A stretch of DNA of 63,555 nucleotides, counting the filler, from Intoshia linei (Eukaryota; Animalia; Orthonectida), in the NCBI GenBank assembly GCA_001642005.1. It is 7 parts of 7 records of this genome, joined end to end, with 100 filler letters (N's around TTAATTAATTAA, not from the genome) between each part and the next. Parts side by side here need not be neighbours in the genome. Positions count along the whole stretch, not along the records: positions 50,082 to 54,651 come from LWCA01001914.1; positions 54,752 to 58,162 come from LWCA01002103.1; positions 58,263 to 59,768 come from LWCA01002590.1; positions 59,869 to 63,555 come from LWCA01002051.1; 3 more parts are not named here. One strand, given 5' to 3'. The notes beneath the pieces were generated by a model. The model saw only the letters and a program-made list of their open reading frames with translations. It did no database searches and had not been told where the DNA came from. Within the stretch, counting starts at the first letter, position 1; each line of letters opens with the position of its first letter. This document shows, piece after piece, positions 53,288-63,555 of this stretch. Made by a program: the position numbers and the translations under genes.

Positions 53288-54651
53288 CAGTGCTTCTCAA
53301 ACTAGAGGTCGCGTCAAAATAAATTGGGGTCGCAAGAAAATTTAATAACATTGTTGTTTCTTTAAACTTGAAGTGAAAAATTTAAATGTATCTTTGAATA
53401 AATTTAAATTTTTATAAATTATCACTTATTTGAATATCCCGTGTCATTTACAAAATTTAAATAATTATTCTATTACTAAAACTTATCTATAAAAACGTTA
53501 ATATATCAATGAAAACATTGGCTAATAAAAAAAAACCGAAAAAGGAGATACAGTAAATCCTTTTTACAATACGGATTTTCAACATCAATTCAAAATAATG
53601 AAGATCAACCTGTTTGTGTAGTATGCAATTAAATTTTAGCAAACGAAAGTATGAAACCCTCAAAAATAAAAAGACATTTGAATTCAAAGCATGCTATGTA
53701 CGCTGATAAACCTATTGAATTTTTTGAAAGAAAATTAGAATCATTTGAAAAGGAAAAATTGTCGTTTGAAACACAGATATACCAACAAGAAAAATTTTTA
53801 TTAGCATCTTATGAGGCATCGTATTATATTGCCAAAACGAGTAAGCCATTTACTATCGGTGAATAATTTGCTTTACCATTAGCGATTAGATTAAATGAGA
53901 TTATTTTCGAACAAAGTTACGCTAACCTAGTAAAAAATATCCACTTTCAAATTACACTGTTATAAGAAGGATTGCACATATAAACAAAAATCAGTTGAAT
54001 CAACTCATTGAGAGGGTTCAAAATTCGAAATTTGCAATTCAGTTGGATGAATCAACTGATATTAAAAATATGGCACAACTTTTAGTGTACGTAAGATAAT
54101 AAATAATTCTTATAATAACAGTTTCCATGAAGATTTATTATTCTGCAGATCGTTAAATGATTACACGACAAGAGAGGAAATTTTTGTAAAAGTTTTCAAT
54201 GAGTTCGGTCTTAAATGGAATAATTGCATCGGTATTTGTATTGATGGTGCAGCTGCAATGACTGGTAGACTGAATGGATTTTATTCTAAAGCTATATCAA
54301 CGTGTATTAATCCTATTAATTTTACTCATTACATGATTCACCGAGAAGCACTCGTCTCTAAGAAAATTTCAGAGGATTTGAATTCTGTTTTACTAGACAG
54401 AAATAGACAGACTAAAAATTAAATGAATTGAATATTTCACTTCAAGGAGGGCATACTAATATTTTTAAATTAAAATCTAAAATTCAGGGCTTTATAAACA
54501 AATTAATATTATGGAAAAATAAAATTAACAAAAATCAATATGAAATATTTTCTAATATAGAAAATTATATTGCTGATAATGCATTGATTATGGATTCTAT
54601 CAAGGTTGTAATTATTGAACACTTACAGAACTTACAAACTAACTTCACAAA
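53288..54651 (+). mobile_element. hAT (Charlie/Buster, ZBED5/SCAND3-like) transposon, decayed and cut by a spacer
   Basis: 5' TIR CAGTGCTTCTCAAAC after GTATAGAC. ORF pieces MKPSKIKRHL, IAKTSKPFTIGE, FAIQLDESTD, DGAAAMTG, HREAL and LNISLQG, with stops and frameshifts. Confidence 0.9.
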
Positions 54652-54899
54652 NNNNNNNNNNNNNNNNNNNNNNNNNNNNNNNNNNNNNNNNNNNNTTAAT
54701 TAATTAANNNNNNNNNNNNNNNNNNNNNNNNNNNNNNNNNNNNNNNNNNNNTCAATTATAAATAAATTATATTATATCGTATTTTTATTTATATGTAGGG
54801 AACCTGATGCTCGAGACGGATTTTGTTGTTCATGTTATTTTTATTTAAGTGTTTTAAATTTAAAGCAACTTGTTAGTTCTGGGGCTATGGACTAAAGTA

Positions 54900-55815
54900 T
54901 ATTAAAAAGGTAAATAGCAACGTTTTGAATTAAGAATGAATCAAAAATGAAACACCTAAATACCCATGAAATTTCTGATTGGGTTATATTGTTATCAAAA
55001 AAATCACACTAAAATATTGTAATAGCGGTAGTATTACCATTATTCATAATATTTATTTCTCAATTTGGGTAAAGAGTTTTACAAAGTTCCGTTTTTACAT
55101 TTATCCATTCATTTAATGAAAAAGTATAATTTTCATTTTTTGATTTATTTTTCACAACTTGTTCATTTCATAGTGTATCACTTATCGCAAAATGGATTGT
55201 GATTTATACAGATTTGGTGAAGTTCAATATTCTTTCTAAATTTAACTATAGCTGACGCGCTATCTGTTGTACATCCAACTATGTGTTTATTTAGATAAAT
55301 ATTGAATTCTTTTAATTTTTTGAAAAGTATTTCAATCAGTTTAGTACTACAAATTGATATATGTAATTTCATAAGATCCAATGTTTTTATTTTTCATGAA
55401 CATTAATGTTTATGTAGCGTTTGTTTTTAATGGAAGTGTACTCATCTAGGGTTAGGGAATACCTAGTGCCCAATTCTCTTTTGTTCTGTAAAATATTTTT
55501 GTAATAGTTATTTTTTTTTCAGCAGAAAGATTCCTGAATTAATGAAATCTTGGCTATAACATTAAAGCTTAATCTATCTTTACTAGCTAGTCGCACAACG
55601 TCTTATCTATAGATCTTTTTGCTAAATAATTATCTATCATTGGTTGATTTAAATTTTTATTGTCACGAGTGATACTATGTACAACCTTTAAAAAATATGA
55701 TAAAGATGAGGTAGAACCGCCACATTTAATTTTTTTGGAACACGCAGTACATGTGGCTTTACCGTTGATTTTTGTTGATTAGAAATATTGCCAAACAATA
55801 GAATTTCTTTTCATA
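54900..55815 (-). mobile_element. Decayed hAT transposase with BED zinc finger
   Basis: MKRNSIVWQYF...ATCTACSKKIKCGGSTSSL (BED finger), SLTLDEYTSIKNKRYINI and IVGCTTDSASAI, with several stops. Confidence 0.75.
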
Positions 55816-56332
55816 ATGTAAAATAATAATCTAAATTTAAATAAAAAAAGCACAATAATGTCTTAAAGGAAATTTTATGTGAAAATATAAAAACGTGCAT
55901 GATGTTATGATTGATATTATAGAAAAATCTTGTGTTTATTTATTTTTTAGTAATGCAGAATAAAAAATTTTAATTTATTTTATAATTATTTAATTTTAAC
56001 CGGTTATCAACACTAGACAGAATGTGTATATAATCTTAAAAATAAAGTAAAAACAGTACAATCGATTGTATTCAGTTTTAATAGGGGCGCTATCATTTGA
56101 AAATTTTATACAGGTGCACTGGAGAATAAAAGGTTGGGAAACACTGTTGTAATCAATCAAATTCAACAGCCAAAATGACTTGGGCGTGATTAACTGATAC
56201 GTATCCCAAATTTTCAAACATTTATTGCATTTTGCTAGTAAACCATCGCGGGTCACAATTTGGCCACCTCTGATTTATATCAAATTTTTGATTTTTTAAA
56301 TGATTTAATACAAAAATTTCACATTATTAATA

Positions 56333-56590
56333 TCCTTACTTACACAATATGCTTTGTTTGTCTGTGTGTCAATAACTACCAGTCTTAAAATTTTATAAAC
56401 TACATTAGTCCACATTTCAATTACAGTTTTTTCCGGACTGTTAGCAAAATAAATTTAAACCTCCCAAACTCACATCTTACAGGTCAAAAAGCCCAATTGT
56501 CTTTTTTTTAAATCAAACGAGTTTAAGAATTTAAAAAAATGTACATTCTGATACAGATTTTAAAATCATAAATTTAAAAAAAATTATAAA
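56333..56590 (+). mobile_element. Helitron 5' fragment
   Basis: A|TCCTTACTTACACAATATGC... matches the copies at 3884 and 44488. Confidence 0.6.
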
Positions 56591-57257
56591 ATGAATTAAA
56601 TAAATGCATAATGTAATGCTTTTATAGTTTGATTAGTTTCATTAATTAACGTTGGATAATTAGGATAGCTCTCAATACTCTGGTAAATGTTAAAAATACG
56701 ATTTATGGTACGAGATATTCTACATTGAAAAATTGCTAATAAAAATGTAAATGTGATTTATGTTTCACATTATAAAATTACTGATAAACACCGAAATTGT
56801 TTTTTATAAATTTGACCATGCTTAAAACCTTGTAAATGATATTTTTTGTAAAATTAATTATCACTATCAATGTTGGTGTGATTAATTCACTCGAAAAATG
56901 TTTTTAATTAGACTTCATTAATTAATTATTGATAAAAAATATTTGTTACTTATACGAGGTAAATTTTCATGTTCACGTTTCTACTTAAATCAAGGTTTTA
57001 TGAGATTATGTTAATGTTAATAAAACTAAAATTCAAAATGTTTAATAAAACGTTCGAACATTACACAGTACAGTAGACCACGTACGAAGTATAAAGTCGT
57101 AAACGTCACCAAGTATAAATGTGCGTGTGTAAATATTATCAGACAAATATTCAAATAATACTACGTATTTTCTCGTGAATTTAATTAAAATGTAATTTAA
57201 CGAATTAAGTTCTAAAAGTTGAAATCAAATGACGCTTTAATTTTATTTTGAAATGTA

Positions 57258-57429
57258 CAGTGATATCTCGTTCTCGTCATGTTTTATTACTTCAATTTTA
57301 GTTTATTTAAAGTTAAATGTAAAGCCAAAATTACATATCTATAATTGCAAAAAATATTTTTGGCTTAAAATTGTTTCTAAATAAACTAAAATTTAAGTAA
57401 TCGAACATGACGAAAACGAGATATCACTG
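57258..57429. mobile_element. Tc1/mariner-pogo type MITE, 172 bp
   Basis: 26-bp TIR CAGTGATATCTCGTT(C/T)TCGTCATGTT, 25/26 identical, with TA TSD. Confidence 0.85.
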
Positions 57430-59868
57430 TATTTCATAAAATTTTTAATTTTAATTTTAGTATAATTTAGGCTTATAAATGAAACTATTTTGCTGGTTTT
57501 AATTTAATCACACATCATTTTGTAGTCAAAATATGTCTTAGACGCAAAATACAATATTAGATATCAATTTGATATTTTACCTACAATGTAAACTCAACTT
57601 CAAAACTATGTGAAAAGTCTTATTTTTCCCAGGTGAGCGTGTTGTTAAAATGCTAATTTATTATTTTTCACATTATGAAAAGGACTAATAATTTAAATCT
57701 TAAATACTAAAATTTGTCATGATAAGTTTAATATTTTAGAAATTAATTAAAAATTAAAAATATCATAAATTTACATATTGCCCAAAACTATGTGAAATTA
57801 TGTTTATTATTTTATTCTTATTTTATCTTTTATCTATTTGAAATTATTATACAAGGCCACAACGAGGTACACTCTTATCTGAATTCGAACGAGAATGTAT
57901 TACTTCTCTGCTTGAAAAAAATGTCGCAATTGGTGAAATACACGGATGTTAGCATTTCTGTGTTGTATGTTGTCTTTATTTGGATGATTCTGTTTGACAA
58001 TTTCTTATATGTTGCTTTTTTCTTTGTTGGTTCTTTTTCTATAAATATGAGCACTTTTTTGGAAATTTGTATGTTTTAATACACTCACTCTTCGAGTTCA
58101 TGCATTATAAGAAAACTGGTATCAGAAAGTGAAACTTTACGCACTAGATATGTATATAATTANNNNNNNNNNNNNNNNNNNNNNNNNNNNNNNNNNNNNN
58201 NNNNNNTTAATTAATTAANNNNNNNNNNNNNNNNNNNNNNNNNNNNNNNNNNNNNNNNNNNNTAAAAATACATCTATAGGCAAATATATTTTTTGATCTT
58301 TAAAAAAGTGGACACCTTAGTGTACATTTAATAATTATACACATTCTATAGAATATACATTAAAAATATTTTACTTTTTCAATCATATACATTTAGATTG
58401 CGATATTATGTGTTCATTAGAATACTTCAAAAAAATGAATACATTATTCAAAGCCCAAAATAAACTTGTTAAACGTTCGTTAAATCGTAATTTTATATTT
58501 CTTTACAAAATACATTATAAGATGCCTAAATGTACTATATTAATAAAGTATTATTAAATTGTACTAAAATTTAAATTGTATTGTATTGTATTAAGAAAAA
58601 TTAAAAATAGAGAGTAATACATTATATTTTATTTACTGGATTTATTTACTAAATCCAATTAAACTAATTAATAACACTTAATCATTTACACATATAATTA
58701 TAATATACTTTACAATATATATTACTAATAAGGTTTACAAAAAATATAGTTAGCCTTTTTTGATATATTGACCATACAAATGTATTGAATTTTTATGTTT
58801 AGATCCAATTCCATTTTATACATTGCTCACATTGACAATAATGTTTGGTTTACTCATTATTTTCTTATTATGTATTATTGTATTAAAACGTAATAAATTC
58901 TATAATAAATAATTTGATGTTATTCTTAATAGTTTTTTAGTTTTTTATATTCGAACTCTTAGAACAAAGATAAATTTTTACTTAATTATTCATGCAAGGG
59001 GTTTATCCGGTAAGAATATAAAAAAATTTAAATAAAATGAAAACTTTTTAGGCAACTCAAATAGACAACCCTCTACTTAGTAAAATTGAATTTGTATGTG
59101 TGAGTGTGTGTGTCTGTTACAGTTTAATTAAAAAAATAAAAGTCCCAGTATTTAAAAAACCCAATTTCTAATACAGATTTTAGAGATATTTTATAATATT
59201 ATAATGCAAGTTTCATTATCAGAAATTGAGTCTTTCAGAATCAAAAACACAATTTTCCATTTTTTTTTGAAATAAATCATCCTAAAAATTTAAACATTAG
59301 AAAAACATAAATCTAGCAGGTGTTTCAAAATCATTAACATTGTCGTAAATATCAGCCTCAGAAACGTAAATCTTTATTAGGATGTCAACCATATTAAAGA
59401 ATTTAGAGCGCTTAGTGTGCATTTGCTGTATTTTTGGATTATATAACTTAATGTTAAATTTTATTACAATTTTAACATCCCAAACTCACAACTCACGGGT
59501 CAAAAACCCCAATTGTCCTTCTTTTTGAAAATCAAACGAGTTGGCAAATTTAAAAAAATTATATCTTCAGGGCCAAAACAGCCCTAGAATTTCAAAAATT
59601 TTACAGGTGGTACAGTTATATTCTGTTAACACACTCAAAAAATTGGAATCTGAATAAGTAACGCCTTCACGGTCAAAAAAGCACTTTAGTATTCATATTT
59701 TTTTATTTCAAAACTATTTTATTAAAACAAAAAATGTGAAATAATTAACAGTCCGAAAATTAAAAAAANNNNNNNNNNNNNNNNNNNNNNNNNNNNNNNN
59801 NNNNNNNNNNNNTTAATTAATTAANNNNNNNNNNNNNNNNNNNNNNNNNNNNNNNNNNNNNNNNNNNN

Positions 59869-60790
59869 CACGAAAATTTGATTGTAAAAACATTTAAATG
59901 ACCATATTATACCTTGGTCACACATTTGTAGAGTAGATGTGGTGTTTGCTGGTAGGAAGATAATTTCTAGGTTCGATAATTTTGCTTCGTAATGACAACT
60001 TGCTTGATCAATAAGAAGCAAAATTTTTCGAGATGATTTATAAAATATAGAATTAAGATTATGTATATATTCAGAGAAAATGGTTTTTGTCATCCAAGCT
60101 TTTTTACTGCTTTTGTAAAAAAAAGGTTGATTATTTAAATTTATTTTACTGAAGCATCTAGGTTTTATGCTTTAACCTATAAACAAAGGTTTAATTTTTT
60201 CACCTTGAGCACTACAGCACAATAATACCGTGATTTTCTCCTTATTCTCTTTCAACTTCCTCCTAGGATCATCACTCTTTATGATATAGCTTTTATTCGG
60301 TAATTTTTTATAGAACAAAGCAGTTTCATCTGCATTAAATACGTCTTTTAAATCATATTCGATGATTTTATTATTGAATTTAGTGAAAAAATCATCAATG
60401 TCTGACTGATTTTCTTCCTGTTTTGTGCCAGAAAGAGATTTATATGTAATTTCGTGACGTTTTTTAAAATTTCTCAACCAACCGTCTTGCTTTGAAATTT
60501 TCCCTGTGACTACAATTACTATTATTTATAAGTATTGCTTGTTCTTTTAAAATAATACTACTTAATGGAACATTATTTTCCCTTAATTTTGATAATGATG
60601 TTATTAATGTTTGATCAAAATTTTTACTTTTATTATTTATTCTTACATCATTATTTAATTCATTAAATACATTTTCATTGAAAGCAATTATGTTTTGTTC
60701 ATTTTTTTTTTATGTCACTAACGGTAGATGATAAGGGATTATACTTATTACAAATGTAGCTTTGTTTTGAACTTTTTTAAATCATTTAAA
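59869..60790 (-). mobile_element. Tigger/pogo (DDE_1) transposase remnant
   Basis: GWLRNFKKRH, VFNADETALFYK, ITVLLCCSAQGEKIKPLFIG, LLLIDQASCH, FLPANTTSTLQMCDQGII. One internal stop, cut by a spacer. Confidence 0.9.
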
Positions 60791-61380
60791 ATCTTTTTTT
60801 ATAAATACAAAAATTTCAACCCAGATAACTACGCATTAGCGATGAAAAATAACATTTAATATATTATCAACCAATATTTTTCAAATGTTTGGATCAAAAT
60901 TAAAAATGTGCATTGAACGTCTACAAATTTCAAACAAATTGATTCCTTCTAATTTTTTTTTACTTTCAAAAAGTTTAAAATCACTTTGTAATGTCGTATT
61001 TAAAATTCGTAATGAAAAACGTTTAATTTTTAAAACACGTTTTTATACGGTTTACAATTAATATGAAGTTTATTTTCTATTTTGGTTTAGTGTTGGGATG
61101 ATACCAATACTACACACTTTATATTAAATTTTGGTCTAAAACTACAACAAAGTACTACTTTGTTATTATTATGTTGGTAAAATTCGCCCGAAATATGTTT
61201 TAAAAGTGCCGATTCAAATGTGTCCCAATTGTAAGTATGCACCATCCAAAATAATATCTGGCCATGTTCGAATTACTGATCTTTACATTCTTTTTTGTCA
61301 AAGTGTACGACAGTAATTGTTGGAGATATACATAATATATTTTGTATGAATTGTACAAATGTATATTTACTTTGCCATAG

Positions 61381-62133
61381 GCTATCGATCCTCAATCTGA
61401 TTATCAAAATTAAACTTAATAATTTAGAACACAGAAATATGCCAATTGATATGGGTATAGAAATGTTGAAAAGCAAATTTAATTTGTACAAAGATCAAAG
61501 GCCCAAAGTAGCCAATAAATTGGCAGTTGTGAGTAAAAATAATTTTATTGCAAAAAAAAATATAATTCCAAACAATGTGAGACATTCAGGAATAGGAATA
61601 CAATCAAACAATCAACATCATAACCAACAAAATAAATTTGACCAGCAAAACATACCCCGAAATCTTACAAAAGAAAAGGCGTCACTTTTGTTTAGATTTT
61701 TGGCTTCCGGAAAACTGTTACATTCAGTTGATTTATCAAGTCTCATGAATTACATTGATCGTTTAATACGAGGAAATATTTTTGATAGTAATTTTTCCAT
61801 TGATAATTTAAATAAATGATTATTAATAATTTAGACAATTCTGCTCCCCTCAGTGAACTCACTCTAGTTGAAATAAAAGAGGTTGAACGAGAACGATACA
61901 CTAAAAATATTTTGGGTTTAATAAAAGAAAGTTCGCCATTGCCTCCGCCAAAAAAGAGCTTATTAGACTCTCACAGGCCCATGCATTCTGACAACCGTTT
62001 AATTTCTCCAAGAAACCCTAGATTCAATATGTACAACGAATCGCCGAGACATCCGTTTCAACGAGATCAAAGAATGTACAGTAATATTAACCCACGAAAA
62101 CGAATGTATCCGAGTGCTCCTAATTATTATTAG
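61381..62133 (+). CDS. NCOA5: NCOA5-like protein, 3' part (5' end unresolved)
   Basis: EHRNMP motif followed by a helix (IDMGIEMLKSKFNLYK) and LLFRFLASGKLLHSVDLSSLMNYI. A 47-nt intron at 61788-61834 joins the two listed ORFs in frame. Confidence 0.65.
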
Positions 62134-62172
62134 ATATGTTAGTATAAAAGTATGATTTTTTATTACATTTTA

Positions 62173-63237
62173 TCAACTGTAATATTTTCTATTTTCATTT
62201 CGTTTTAATTGACGCTCTCTTTTCTGTTTTGATTTTTCACTCACGTAACTTGAAGAATCAATTGAAGGTGTCGTAGCCCATGGCCAAATCACATAAATCC
62301 AAAAGTAATAAAATGATCCAAGTGGTATCTAAAAATTTTTTATTTCAAAAAAATTGCTAAATACCAAAAGTAGTATTAACCAAAATAATGTATTAATTAA
62401 AGACAAAACTTGACTCATGCACATTACAATGTAAATGTCTAGGATGAATCTATATTTTGATATATTGAGATTATAAATATTACTCTCCTAGGCCTTTGGA
62501 AGCATTCAGTTCTATACCAACACTAACCAATTGGCCATTTTGATGTGTGGCTTTTGAATGATAGTACAACTGTTGCAAGCAAATTAATTGAAAAAAGCTG
62601 GCAATTAAAGAAGTGTACTAATTGTAAAATTTAGTTGTAAAATTTTTCAATTTTACCAAATCCACATTAGATAAATTATTGTATAGAAATAGTTTTGTAA
62701 ACCAACATGATATCTAAAAAAATTATTTTAAATTAAACTAAATAATAAATTGAGGCACACAAATATCAGATTTTAGAAAATTAGGTAATGTTTGGAATCA
62801 ATTGAAAATTTTCTTAATTTTTAAAATTGTTTCCATAAGATTAGACTACTCAGTATGAAACCAATACAGATAGTTCAGTCTTAAGACGGTATTGCTAACT
62901 TACAAGTAATAAGGAATTACTAGCTTAACCGGTGTAATCCTGTATATCAGTGGTGTAAACTGAGTGGTGCTACTTTTAAATTTTTTCATATAGTATAATA
63001 TTTGCACTTTTATATTAGCGAGAATTTTTTAAATCTTGCTGGGTGTCGTTGAAAAAAGTTGTTGTCACTTCTGTATTATTAGAGTCCACTAGAAAAAAAT
63101 ATTGTGTAATTTTAATAATTTACCGTTATAAATATAAATGATACTTTGACGTAATATATAACTTGTGTATTGTTTTCATTAATTTCATATATTCCCACAG
63201 TCCTCTGTTTTCCTGTTTTTTTATAATAATTGTTCAT
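62173..63237 (-). CDS. TMEM208: TMEM208 / SND2 (SRP-independent ER targeting), 5 exons
   Basis: Exons 63237-63124, 62713-62657, 62617 to about 62484, about 62449-62365 and about 62328-62173. Peptides GKQRTVGIYEINENN, KATHQNGQLVSVGIELNASKGLGEFILDI and FWIYVIWPW...EKSKQKRERQLKR. Missed by the ORF track. Confidence 0.88.
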
Positions 63238-63555
63238 TTTGTAAATATAAAAAATTTATCATTTAAATTTAAATTTATTTTATAATTCAGAAGAAATTGT
63301 TGTTGGATATGAGAATCGGAATTCATACAATTTACAATACAGTGTACAATGGATGAAACTTTTGAAACTATAGTTAAGTTGACAATTACAAATTTTCACT
63401 GTTGATAACTCTGTCACTTCTTTGGCAACTAAGGTGTACTGTTTAAAAATTATCTTTATTATGATAACAAAATATTATACAGTCAGACAATAGATAATAA
63501 AATTTTAATCATACATTTTTGTAAACCAAAACAAAATTTTTTTTTAAAATATACA

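Noticed and set aside
57792-58150. 95-aa hydrophobic ORF on the + strand
   Set aside because: No ATG start or motif. The minus strand looks like a decayed transposase C-terminus but is too short to call.
41760-63237. Functional cluster of ER-targeting genes (TRAM and TMEM208)
   Set aside because: They are separated by four artificial spacers, so linkage is unsupported.

Overview
AT-rich, intron-dense animal genomic DNA in seven segments joined by six artificial 100-nt spacers (N44-TTAATTAATTAA-N44), so adjacency across spacers is unproven. The many 31-50 nt GT-AG introns, very short intergenic gaps and strongly diverged proteins suggest a compact invertebrate genome (an orthonectid such as Intoshia is a guess, not demonstrated). 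Genes rebuilt by hand from exons: glycogen phosphorylase (20 exons), Smaug/SAMD4, two claudin/PMP22-superfamily genes, a 5'-truncated domino (SWR1/p400) remodeller, a partial caveolin, TRAM, DAP3/MRPS29, a partial NCOA5-like gene and TMEM208/SND2. Long introns and intergenic regions hold Helitrons, hAT and pogo MITEs, decayed DDE transposases and a gag-only retroelement relic. The main finding is that domino appears to encode two C-termini from one donor site at 23733/23732. Read-through gives a 216-aa basic tail (SWR1/DOM-B-like), and splicing gives a p400/DOM-A-like SANT tail. About 70 nt after the short-form stop is a 21-bp hairpin that pairs fully (two G-U wobbles) only on the transcribed strand, with a second competing or pseudoknot helix: a candidate isoform-switch RNA element.
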